Origin: the human T2T-CHM13v2.0 reference genome, Homo sapiens
Reading direction: 5' to 3' (one strand)
DNA: 64,000 bases
NCBI RefSeq assembly: GCF_009914755.1
Contig: NC_060943.1
Position 1 is the first letter of the stretch, and each line of letters begins with the position of its first letter. This document shows, piece by piece, positions 21,964-36,517 of the stretch. The position numbers and the translations under genes are program-made. Under the pieces are notes generated by a model. That model was not told the origin of the DNA and searched no databases. It saw only the letters and a program-made list of their open reading frames with translations.

Positions 21964-23527
21964 GTGTGTCCTCGGGGATGGCGGAGCGGGAAGTTGGGGG
22001 CAGGTATCGGGGTGTGGGCTCACATGGAGCAGGGACTGGTTGTGGGTTCAAATGGAGGCAAAGGCGTCTACTTGGGCAGCCGAGGAACTGGGAACACGGA
22101 GACCAGGTGTGGAAGTCGGGGACCGGGGACGAGGCATGGATGGGAGCGCTGTTTGGGCAGCCTCGCCGCGGCCAGGGCTTAAAAATGGAAGTCAGGAAAA
22201 TTTAGCCAAGGGTCGGGTCACACCTTAAACTTGGGAGCCGGGTGTTGGAGCCCCAAAAAGCAAGGGATTTATATGTACAAACCAAAGATAGGAATCAGAG
22301 TTCCAGGGTAGGGGACAGACTAGGGGGTTTCAGGATGTGAGGTTCAAAGTTGGAGGGAAAGAAAGACTAAAAGATGGAGGAGGAGTCACCATTAAGGGGA
22401 AGACTGAGGTGGGAGCTCAGGGCCAGCACACAGTGTTAAAGAACCGGGGTTCGGGGCTAAGGATCAGCTGGTAATCTAAGGTAGGGTCAGACATAGGGAT
22501 TGGTGCTCAGGGGTCAGAGATGGGGGTGCTCAGAGATGAAGCTTCGTTTTTGGAGTCTGAAATAACAGGTGGCTTAGAGTTGGGCATCTGGGAGCAGAAG
22601 ATGTAGCCATCAGCATTGGCAGGAGAGGGGCCGATCTCCACCCCCCCATCCCTACCCATGACCCTCCGCAGGGACTCCCCAAGTCGGAAGATGGAGAGTT
22701 TTAGATTGTGCACCTTCCCCTGCTCCCCGCCAGTCCAGCAACCTCCAGCTATTGCTAAAATTCCCATCCAGTCTCACCTCAGACAAGGCTTCCCTGGAGT
22801 GGGGGGTGGCGGCATATTCTAATCCCCTCACCTGGACAGACAGAAAGTCCTTCCTCAAGTCTGACCCCCATTCGTCTTGCTGCAACGACCCCTACACCTT
22901 AGCTACCTCACTCTGTAATCAACGTTGTGAGGTTGTTGGGGCTGGGGGTTGGGTTCTTGGTCTGAGAATTATGGGGGTCTGGACACTTGGACTTCTAACC
23001 TGGAAGGGGACTGTGGGCTTGAGGTGGGGTGTGGGGCAGGAATGGCTAGGTTCTCCAAGGAGTCAAGATCTGGTGACTGCGGGGGCCCCAGTGTGCCTGA
23101 GTCTTGGGTCTGGGGCTCGAAACTGTAGGGTGGGACTCCTGGATCCCCAGGCCTTCAGGGCTGGGCAAGGTGCCTGGGAAGGGCCAGTCCTGGGTTTGGG
23201 GAGGTGTGAGGTGCACGTGGGGTGGGGCAGGGCCAACAGGGAAAGGGACTGGGAGTGTTGAGAGGTGGAGGCAGGGTGGCTGGAGGTATCAGTTGTGAGA
23301 TGCGGAAGGCAGAGACCCAGGTGGGAAATGGAGGGTTCCAGGTAGTGGGGGTGATCCCAGCTGGACCTCTGCAGAACTCAGTCTGGGGACCTGATTTAAG
23401 GGAACCACCTACAGACCAATTGTACAAACCAACTACAGTTGTTTTGGGGGCACATCTTAAGTAAATGATGGGGGTCTAGGCAGGAGGAGTTGATATTTGG
23501 GGCACAGTCTGAATAGATCCAAGTTTA

Positions 23528-23701
<174 letters not shown>

Positions 23702-24852
23702 TTAATTAGTCAGGCATGCCTGTAGTCTAAGCTACTTGGTTGGGAGGCTGAGGTGGGAGGATCACTTGAGGCTGGGAGTTCGAGCTGCCGGGAGCTGTGA
23801 TCGTATCACGGCACTCCAGCCTGGGTGACAGAATGAGACCCTATCTCAAAAAATAATAATAGTAGAGGGACAGTCTGGAGGTAATCAGCATTTCAGGGCA
23901 TATTTTGGGAGAGTCAGTATTTGGAGGAATGGAAATGGTTGGGTGATACTGTCTGAGGCTCTCCCCAGCCTTCCCATCAGATAAGCCCACCTCTTCCCCT
24001 TGGGTCAGAACAATGGGGAGAGAAATACCTACACTCAGCCAGCAACTGAGAGCTGAGAGGGTCCCCAAACCACTTCTTGCCCATAGCACCCTCCCGCTTG
24101 GGGTGACGTTAACACTCAGGGCAGCTTGCTGTCTGGAAAGAACTTGGAAAGTTACCATCCTGGGATATCCCTGTTGGCCTCAGGTTCTTGCAGATCAGCT
24201 GGTCCAGCTGCTCCCCTGTTTTAGAGGTGGTTAACTCTGAAGCCCCGCACGCAGAACACTGGGGTCCTGGGTTGGGTCTGGGACTAGAAACTTGGCTTCT
24301 GGCTTCACACTGCCTTCCTCTGCTCCCTGTCACACCCTTCTCCAGAGACAATAAGGAAATGAAAGAGGAGAAATTCCAGTCTCCTGGTGTGGGGGTGCGG
24401 GTCCCCCAAGGGCTTCCCCCCAATCTCAGCCCCACCCTGTCAGGGGAGATCCGGCTCAGACCCGGACACCAGGGGTTCATCCCAGCCCCGGGGCGTGGGA
24501 AAGCCTAGGGTGGATTAGGGCAGCTGGAGTGCTTGAGGTCGGACCTCAAGGAGGACTTCCAGGTGGGTGGGGAGCCAGAAAGGAGGGCCCTGGGGTCCCT
24601 GTCTGTCTTACTCTGCAATACCAGAGAGCCTGACTGGGTTGCAGAAATGGGGGGTGGAGGTATAGGGGGATTTGGAAACTCTGTGGACCCCTCTAATCCA
24701 TCACCTTCTCACCTCATCCCTTTTCTTTTTCTGGGGAGGGGACCCGAAGCCACCAACCAGCGGGAGAGCCTGCATGGGGGAAGGGAGTAACTGTGGCTGC
24801 AATTTCACTGTAAGACTTGGGGTGAGGGGGAATGGATTTGTTGAAGGGAGGG

Positions 24853-24900
<48 letters not shown>

Positions 24901-24930
24901 GCATGGATGGATGGATAGATAGATTGATAG
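24853..24930 (+). repeat. Compound tetranucleotide STR (AGAT)12 followed by GGAT/AGAT units, in the FOXA3 intron
   Basis: Read directly from sequence. Confidence 0.97.
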
Positions 24931-25020
24931 GAAGATGGTGGCTCGTCATGGTAGCTCATGACTGTAATCCCAGCACTTTGGGAGGCCGAAGAGGGTGGAT
25001 CACTTGAGGTCAGGAGTTCA

Positions 25021-25446
<426 letters not shown>

Positions 25447-25679
25447 TTAGGGTGGAGACAGAAGGGAAAACAATGCGGGGGTGGGGAGGGAGATGGGAGA
25501 GGGGAATATGGGTACTAGTACTGAGACGGGTAACACAACGGCAAAAATAGCCAACAGAGATTCAAAGAGACATGATGAAAGAGTTCCTTGGAGAGACATG
25601 AAAAGGAAAGAGCAGAGGATTTCTCGACTGGAACTCAGACTTAGGGTTGAGTTGGTTGCCTCCACTCTCTGATTCCCTA

Positions 25680-26018
<339 letters not shown>

Positions 26019-26391
26019 TTAAAAAAAAAAAAAAAAAAAAGCTTACAGTGGCAGGAGACTAGGCGGTATCCAGTTAACTCACATTTGGTGGCTCTAGCCA
26101 GTGCTGTATATAGCAGCATTCCCCCACCCACGCAGTGCCATGAGACCCCAGGCCTCGGAGGAGGCAGTGGGGAAAGGTCCAGGTGGAGAATGGGGCAGAG
26201 AGGATGGGAGACAGTGGTTGAGAAGGGATAAGTAGATACAAAGAAAGAAACAACCTTCCAGCATGCCTATGTTTTCCTGGCGTGTTCTGTTCACTGTTGT
26301 GTTCCTGCTAGACTGTTGGCACCACGAGGGCAGGCATTTCTGTCTGTCTTAGTCACTGCTTTTATTTTATTTTATGATTATTATTTTTTGA

Positions 26392-26682
<291 letters not shown>

Positions 26683-26967
26683 TAGTCACTGCGTTTATAG
26701 CGTGACCCGGAACAGGTCTGGAGCCAGACTGCCTGGTTGCAGAATCCCAGTTCTGCCCCCATTCTTGCTGTGTGACCCCAGCAACCTCTCTGGGCCTCAG
26801 CTAGCTCAGCTGTAAAATGGGCATCATCATAACACCTCCTCCCATAGTATGGTTGTCAAGATTAAAGGAGACCATTCTTGTGAAGTGCTTGGAGCAGCTA
26901 ACTGATAAATATTGGTTGAATGAATGAAAGAATATACAGAGGGTTACTTAGGAGGCACTGCAAGATC

Positions 26968-27147
26968 TACCGTGTTCCATTGACCTAGGATGCACCTTTT
27001 CCCCCCATTTGAACATTTCCAAAAATGGGATGCATTTTACAGTCAACAGTGTCCTATGATTTTAACTGAGTGTTTTTCCCATTTGTATTAATATATAAAG
27101 TAATGCTGCAGCTTCCAGAGAAGTCTTAGATTTGAAGATATATAGTA
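26968..27147. mobile_element. MER104-like (TcMar-Tc2) non-autonomous DNA transposon
   Basis: TA-CCGTGTTCCATTGA...GATGCAC...GGGATGCATTTTAC...GTCTTAGATTTGAAGATATATAG-TA with degenerate terminal inverted repeats; family assigned from memory of the consensus. Confidence 0.65.
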
Positions 27148-27184
27148 AATGGATAATATTATTAGGTTGAAAAGTGATTTCTGA

Positions 27185-27548
<364 letters not shown>

Positions 27549-27612
27549 TAAAAGATTGAAGAGAGCTACACATATATGTTAGATATGTTAGATTATTACA
27601 GAGTTATAATAA

Positions 27613-27849
<237 letters not shown>

Positions 27850-27930
27850 TGATCCACCTGCCTCGGCCTCCCAAAGTGCTGGGATTACAGGTGTGAGCCA
27901 CCGTGCCCGGCCTATAATAACTCTTTATGA

Positions 27931-29277
<1,347 letters not shown>

Positions 29278-29515
29278 AAAGGATGATGTTGAGTGTATGG
29301 GAGCATGGTGGGTGGGAAAGCAGGGGGCAGAAAGGGCGTGTCCAGGGAGTGAGGAGAGACCTTGAGAGACTGCTTTCTACAGATAGAGGTAATGATGGAA
29401 GGGATTTGTAGAGAAGGCAAGATGGACAGACAGACGGACACTCAGTGGGTCCTGGGATCCTTTGCTGACCAGCAGAGTGGAGCCCCACTGACCCCTCCTT
29501 TCATCTTTCCCCTAG

Positions 29516-30499
29516 GTCTACTCGCCGGTGACCCCAGTGCCCACCATGGCCCCCCTCAACTCCTACATGACCCTGAATCCTCTAAGCTCTCCCTATCCCC
29601 CTGGGGGGCTCCCTGCCTCCCCACTGCCCTCAGGACCCCTGGCACCCCCAGCACCTGCAGCCCCCCTGGGGCCCACTTTCCCAGGCCTGGGTGTCAGCGG
29701 TGGCAGCAGCAGCTCCGGGTACGGGGCCCCGGGTCCTGGGCTGGTGCACGGGAAGGAGATGCCGAAGGGGTATCGGCGGCCCCTGGCACACGCCAAGCCA
29801 CCGTATTCCTATATCTCACTCATCACCATGGCCATCCAGCAGGCGCCGGGCAAGATGCTGACCTTGAGTGAAATCTACCAGTGGATCATGGACCTCTTCC
29901 CTTACTACCGGGAGAATCAGCAGCGCTGGCAGAACTCCATTCGCCACTCGCTGTCTTTCAACGACTGCTTCGTCAAGGTGGCGCGTTCCCCAGACAAGCC
30001 TGGCAAGGGCTCCTACTGGGCCCTACACCCCAGCTCAGGGAACATGTTTGAGAATGGCTGCTACCTGCGCCGCCAGAAACGCTTCAAGCTGGAGGAGAAG
30101 GTGAAAAAAGGGGGCAGCGGGGCTGCCACCACCACCAGGAACGGGACAGGGTCTGCTGCCTCGACCACCACCCCCGCGGCCACAGTCACCTCCCCGCCCC
30201 AGCCCCCGCCTCCAGCCCCTGAGCCTGAGGCCCAGGGCGGGGAAGATGTGGGGGCTCTGGACTGTGGCTCACCCGCTTCCTCCACACCCTATTTCACTGG
30301 CCTGGAGCTCCCAGGGGAGCTGAAGCTGGACGCGCCCTACAACTTCAACCACCCTTTCTCCATCAACAACCTAATGTCAGAACAGACACCAGCACCTCCC
30401 AAACTGGACGTGGGGTTTGGGGGCTACGGGGCTGAAGGTGGGGAGCCTGGAGTCTACTACCAGGGCCTCTATTCCCGCTCTTTGCTTAATGCATCCTAG
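29516..30499 (+). CDS. FOXA3: FOXA3 exon 2 coding part, including the forkhead domain; total protein 350 aa
   Basis: Polypyrimidine tract + TAG acceptor at 29514-15; [17 protein letters not shown]...[15 protein letters not shown] forkhead; C-terminal HPFSINNLM and YSRSLLNAS* motifs. Confidence 0.99.
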   Translation, partial: VYSPVTPVPTMAPLNSYMTLNPLSSPYPPGGLPASPLPSGPLAPPAPAAPLGPTFPGLGVSGGSSSSGYGAPGPGLVHGKEMPKGYRRPLAHAKPPYSYISLITMAIQQAPGKMLTLSEIYQWIMDLFPYYRENQQRWQNSIRHSLSFNDCFVKVARSPDKPGKGSYWALHPSSGNMFENGCYLRRQKRFKLEEKVKKGGSGAATTTRNGTGSAASTTTPAATVTSPPQPPPPAPEPEAQGGEDVGALDCGSPASSTPYFTGLELPGELKLDAPYNFNHPFSINNLMSEQTPAPPKLDVGFGGYGAEGGEPGVYYQGLYSRSLLNAS

Positions 30500-31212
30500 C
30501 AGGGGTTGGGAACATGGTGGTGGGTATGGCTGGAGCTCACACCACGAAGCTCTTGGGGCCTGATCCTTCTGGTGACACTTCACTTGTCCCATTGGTTAAC
30601 ATCTGGGTGGGTCTATTACTTACTGTGATGACTGCTGTCTCAGTGGGCATGGTGTTGATCCACGGGGTACTGTGATAACCACCATGGATACATTTTGGTG
30701 GCCCACTGGGTACTGTGAGGACTGCTACATTGATGGATGTTATTGGCTAATCCACTGCATGGTTTGATGGCCACCATCTCGGTTGGCCCTTTGGGTGTGA
30801 TGGTGATAGCATTTCAGTGACATCTTCTTTGGCCCCCCCCATTAGGTGCTGTGCCCACTTCTTTTTTGGTGTACTTGGCACAGTAGGTGCCAAGTTGGCC
30901 ACCATTCTGTGTAACACCTTTTTTGGCCCATTGGGTGCTTTGATGGACATCATACTGGGTAGGTGACAACGTCAGTGGGCCACCATGTGCCATGATGGCT
31001 GCTGCAGCCCCGTGTTGGCCATGTCGTCACCATTCTCTCTGGCATGGGTTGGGTAGGGGATGGAGGTGAGAATACTCCTTGGTTTTCTCTGAAGCCCACC
31101 CTTTCCCCCAACTCTGGTCCAGGAGAAACCAGAAAAGGCTGGTTAGGGTGTGGGGAATTTCTACTGAAGTCTGATTCTTTCCCGGGAAGCGGGGTACTGG
31201 CTGTGTTTAATC

Positions 31213-31218
31213 ATTAAA
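31213..31218 (+). terminator. FOXA3: FOXA3 polyadenylation signal (ATTAAA variant)
   Basis: The only AWTAAA I found after the stop codon, about 710 nt downstream and followed by GT/T-rich sequence. Confidence 0.75.
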
Positions 31219-31647
31219 GGTACCGTGTCCGCCTCTTACTGAATGTCTCTTTTCCTTGGCCAGTGGGCCCTGTGGGGCTTGAACACCTGAATTTCTGCTC
31301 CTCTGTCCCTTCTGCTTCCTGCCCCTAAGAGCTGGCTGCCTCTGGGGGAGGAGTTGGGGGAGGCATCGACCTGACCTTTGGCTCTTTGCTGTCCCTGACC
31401 CCAAGGACAGTTTGCTCACAGATAGCAGCCCCCGCAGCAGTGGGGCCAGAGCAGCAGGGGGAGGTGGCTCTGCAGTGACCAAGGCCATCTCCCCACCCCC
31501 ACTTCTCAGACATACACACAGACCTCTACCTCTGAGGCTCTGCAAGCCTAATGGCCGAATAATCTTTGGCTAAGCTGGGGAGGAGGAAAAAGGACAGATG
31601 AGGTGTCAATTCAATGACTGGAGATCGTGCACATGTTGGAGTTTATC

Positions 31648-31650
<3 letters not shown>

Positions 31651-31682
<32 letters not shown>
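31651..31682 (+). repeat. (GT)16 microsatellite
   Basis: Read directly from sequence. Confidence 0.97.
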
Positions 31683-31684
<2 letters not shown>

Positions 31685-33204
31685 TCTGTGTGTCATAGGA
31701 TAGCACTATGCCTATTGGGGTCCTCATGGTCTACCGCAGGGTGTTGTCTGTTGTCAGTATCCCTTGATTGTGTAGGTTTTTGTGTCTGTTCATACCCTGG
31801 GTATATGCTTACTTGCCCTGGGTGGCTGGGAATATCAGACTCTTGTGTATGTTTTTTTTTGTTTTTTTGAGACAGGGTCTCGCTCTGTTGCCCAGGCTGG
31901 AGTGTGTGGCACAATCTTGGCTCACGGCAACCTCCACCTCCTGGGTTCAAGTAATTCTCTTGCCTCAGCCTCCTGAGTAGCTAGGATTACAGGTGCCCGC
32001 CACGACACCTGGCTAATTTTTGTATTTTTAGTAGAGACAGGGTTTCACCATGTTGACCAAGCTGGTCTCAAATTCCTGACCTCAAGTGATCCGCCCACCT
32101 CAGGCTCCCAAAGTGCTGGGTTTACAGGCGTGAGCCACTGTGCCCTGCCTTTTGTGTATGTCTTTATTGTGTTGTGTGTGTGGTTCTCTGTGTACACTTA
32201 TCCCTGGGTCTCTCTGGGTCTCACACTGTGTTACGTGTGTGTCTATATGCCATTCTCTACCTAACTCACTGCCTCAGAGAGTGCGTGTGTGGAACGAGAT
32301 GCATATGGCAGGGCTGGCTGTTCTTGTGTGTTCTATGTGTGTCTCTGTGAGTCCGTGTATGTCTGCATGCTTAAAAGAAAACATGTAGTCTGGGTGTGGC
32401 GGCTTATGCCTGTAACCCCAGCACTTTGGGAGGTCGAGGTGGGCGGATCACTTGAGGTCAGGAGTTCGAGACCAGCCTGGCCAACATGGCGAAGTTGGCC
32501 TAAAAATACTCTATTAAAACACAATAATTAAGCCGGGCATGGTGGCTCACACCTGTAGTCCCAGCTACTCAGGAGGCTGAGGCAGGAGAATTGCTTGAAC
32601 CCAGGAGGCAGAGGTTGCAATGAGCCGAAGGTTGCAGTGAGCCGAGATTGCACTGCTGCACTCCAGCCTGGGCGACAGAGCAAGACTGTCTCAAAGAAAA
32701 AAAAAAAAAGAAGAAAGCATGTGTGTTTGTGTGTGTCTGGTGGCTACCTTTGCTGTGTACTTGTCACTGTTGCATTTGCATCTGAACGTGTGTGGAGAGT
32801 AGGCTGGCCTGGTGTCTGTCACTTTTGCAGGAGAGTGTGCGGGGAAGGAACCGTGTCCTCCTTCAGCCACTGTGAGCCTCTGGGTTTGGGATCTGTGTTT
32901 CTGTCCCCCAGGTCTCTCCTGTGACTCTGAGTCTGCCTGTCTGTTGCTCAGATTGGCTGTCCCAGAAACACAACTGTGCACCTCCCACCTCTCCTTTCAG
33001 AATGGAAACTGAGGCCCAGATGGGATGGGACTGGGCTAAGGTCATTCAGCGGGGCTGGAGTGAGTGGGCAAGGTTGATCTGATTCTGTCTTTTCCTTACC
33101 TGTCATCTGCCTTTCCTGGTTGCTGGCTCTCTGGTTGCTCATTCATTTATTCAGTCAGCCAGCCAGCCATTCAGTCATTTGAAGACCAAAGACTTTGTCT
33201 AATC

Positions 33205-33207
<3 letters not shown>

Positions 33208-33245
<38 letters not shown>
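33208..33245 (+). repeat. (GT)19 microsatellite
   Basis: Read directly from sequence. Confidence 0.97.
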
Positions 33246-33248
<3 letters not shown>

Positions 33249-33378
33249 AGCGCACACGTGCATGCATGCACACCAGTGTGACGTGTCTTTCAGTTTCTGT
33301 GGGTCCATCTTTTTCCTTGTCTCTTAGTGTCCTTTTTTCCTCTTTTTCTTTCCCTCCCTCCCTTCCTTCCTTCTTCCC

Positions 33379-33413
<35 letters not shown>

Positions 33414-33414
33414 A

Positions 33415-33564
<150 letters not shown>

Positions 33565-34049
33565 TAATGTTTTATAGAGAAGGGGTCTCCCTGTGTTGCC
33601 CATGCTATTCTTGAACTCCTGGCCTCAAGCAATCCTCCCGCCTCAGCCTCCCAAAGTGCTGAGATTATAGACATGAGCCACTGCGCCTGACCAGTGTCAT
33701 TTCTTTCTGTATCAATCTGTCCCTCACCCTCTTTCTGTGCCTTTATCTGTGTTTCTTGGTTTGAGTTGCTGGTGCTGTCTGTGTGTGTCTGTCTCTCCTA
33801 TGGCTCACCTCATGCTCTCTCTCTCTCTCCCCCCTCGCTCACCCGGCCCCCGCCTTTTCTCTCTACTGCTCTGACTTCCCTCCTCCCTCCACCTGGGTCT
33901 CTGGGTTTCTCCCTCCTTCTCTCAGAGTGACTCTTTCCTGGGGTCCGTCTCCCCCCACTCCTTTCCTGGATCTCTGGTCTCTCTTTCTCTGGCCTCCATC
34001 CCTCTCCCAGCTCTCTGGGTTTCCGCCTCTACCTGCCACCTCGCAGGCC

Positions 34050-34700
34050 AGGCCCTCTATTCCTGTCGCTGCGCCCCGCCTTGCCGGCTGCGTGTCACCC
34101 CCGCCCCCTGCCGCGCTGGCTCCCCGTCCGTCCCACCAGCCTTGCTGTCCTGGGCAGGCCGGGGAATTCCTCCCGGTTCCTGGAAAAAACAACTGGGGCC
34201 GAGAGAAAGGCCCTCAGTCTCCCCAGGCACCCGCCCCCCTCCCTCGGGCCTGGGGGTCTCTCCCGGAGTCGGCCAGCCCGAGGCAGGAAGCCCTGCGGTT
34301 TCTGGCTTCTCCCAGGCGGCCTCCGGATCTGGCCCCCGCCCCCCGGCCAACAGCCCAAATATTATTCCGCGGGAGGAGTCGGTGGTGGCGGGAGGAGGCC
34401 CAGGCTGAAAGAGGCTTTCAGGGCGGCCAGGCCTGGGGCTTCCTGTCCCCAGGCTCGGGCCTCAGGCCGCCCCAGTGGGGACCTCAGGTGGCCGGAGGGG
34501 CGGGGTGTTGTTGTAGGGTCCTCGGGGGAGGGTGGGGCCATCCGTCGGGGTGTCTGGTGGCCACCAGCTCTGCTGGCGTGGGCAGGTGTGACCCCCACCC
34601 CAGGGACAGCCGGCTGATGTCCAGCGTGGAAAAGTACCACGGTCAGACATGGGACGCATGGACAGACACGGGACGCCACGAATCAGGGATGTGGGGTGGC
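34050..34700. promoter_or_regulatory. Intergenic CpG-rich element, candidate FOXA3 3' enhancer (about +12 kb)
   Basis: Repeat-free, CpG-enriched, with GC boxes and NF-kB, GAS and ETS motifs. Confidence 0.55.
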
Positions 34701-34832
34701 CATGGGGACACAGGCGGCCCTGGGCTGTGGGCCTAAGGTGACATGGTCCAGGGGAGGGGCCTGTGGGTTGGAGCAGAGGCCGGGGCAGGGTCGCAGCTGT
34801 GGGCAGAGGGCTGTCAGCATTAGGAGGTACCA

Positions 34833-34871
34833 GATGATGATGATGATGATGGTGATGATGGTGATGATGAT
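34833..34871 (+). repeat. Interrupted (GAT)n trinucleotide repeat
   Basis: (GAT)6 GGT GAT GAT GGT (GAT)3. Confidence 0.95.
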
Positions 34872-36517
34872 AATTAAAAGATCCTAGGGCTTCCCATGAG
34901 TCAGGGATTGTGTTAGCACCTTACAGAACTGATGGGCTCCATCTCTCCCGCTCCCCCCAACTTTACTGTTGAATGAAACTGAGGCACAGAGAGGTGAAGT
35001 AACTTGCACAGATAATGAGTGGGGTGCTAGGGCATGAACCCAGGCAGTCTGGGCCCAGAGTCAGTGCCTCTAAGCACCCCGCTGTTCTGCAGGATGGGAG
35101 GGATAGCGGCAGTGCAGCACAGTCCTGGGGTCCCAAGCCCTCCCTGGCAGGCACCCCCCCTCTCTGCCACAGCCTGCCATATGGCAGGAGGTGGGTTCCC
35201 AGAAGCCACATACTCACTGGTGACCAGGCGGTTCACAGCTAGGTAGGACATGTGTGTCTAAGCGGTTTGTCATTGGGCTTTATTCGCGTGTCTTGCTGTC
35301 AGCGTCTCAATGTCACTGTGTCTGTGGGCTCGTGTGTTACTCCATGGTGTGTCTCTGTTGAGCGCATGAGTGTGTGTGCCTGGACACCTCTATGTTGGTG
35401 TCCATTGCTGGGTTTGTGTTGGTGTCACTGACTGTCTCACCGTGTACACGTGTAGGTGACTGTTCTGTCATTGTCTTCTTTGTGGCTGTCACCATGTTCT
35501 CTATGTCTGTTCATCGCTGTGTGCTTTGTCACTATGCCTCTGTGCCTGACAACACATTTGCCTGTCATTGTGTTTTCTGTGAGCATGCATCAGTGTGTCT
35601 GTCACCGTGTCTGTGACAGTGTGTCTCTGTGACTGTTTACGTCTCTGTCACTCTGGACCTGTCACTGTGGCTCTGTCTATATCTGTCACTGTGTGTCACC
35701 GTGTCTGTCCCTCTATGTGTCACCATCTACCCAGGTGTCACCATGCATGTGTTACTCATCGCCCAGGCCACAGGTGGGTGTGTCGGGCCCACTGGTGCCA
35801 GGGCTGTGGCCCAGCCCCTCCCACCCTTGCTGACCGTGGGCCAGGCTGGGCGCCTATTTGCAATCCTGCCCCAGGTAAACACCAAGATCCGGAACCCAAG
35901 GGCCACCTCCCTCACCTCTGCTCCTGCCCCTCAGCCTGTTCTGGGCTGGACCAGAGCCCTGCAGACAGTGTGCCCCAGACTGGAAATGGGCCCTGACCCT
36001 CCCCCTAACCCTGGGCACCAGCCTCCCCAAGCCTTCAGCCTCAACTCTCTGTCTGTCTGTCTGCTTCTCTCTCTCTCTCACTGCATGTCGATTTCTCTGT
36101 TTCTTTTTGTGCCTGCTTCCTCTCACCTGGGCTTCTCTATGGCTCTGCCTCTCTCTGGAATGACGCTTGTCTTCATTCTGTCACTGTCCCTCTTTCTGTG
36201 GCTCTTTCTGTCTCTCTGCAGATAGGTTCCATTTCTCTGGATGTTCAGCTGATGTGTCTCCATTTGAGTCCGCCTGCTTCGTGACACTTGCTTTCTATCT
36301 AATGCTGGCACTGTCTCCGTAAGTCTGTTTCTGTCCCACTTTGTAAGTTTCTCCCCCACCTTCTCTCTGTCCACCGTCTCTCTGTCTACTCTGAGCCTCT
36401 TAGTCTTGGGCACTATCTCTGTGGGTCTCTGAGTCCCCAGCCCCCACAGGGGCAGACTGCCATGCCTGGACCCTTAGGGGAGTGTGTAGCCCCCAGTCTC
36501 CCCCAGCCAGTGTGCTG

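Noticed and set aside
30667-30679. 13-nt identity to mature miR-101 (GTACTGTGATAAC)
   Set aside because: Too short, with no precursor hairpin; it is part of the local degenerate repeat and probably coincidental
30874-30894. Iron-responsive element or NFI site in the FOXA3 3' UTR
   Set aside because: Loop is CAGUAG rather than CAGUGN, with no correctly placed C bulge; TTGGC-GCCAA spacing is 9 rather than 5
33783-34736. 317-aa ORF over the orphan CpG element
   Set aside because: Non-ATG start, pyrimidine/GC low complexity, no homology that I recognise
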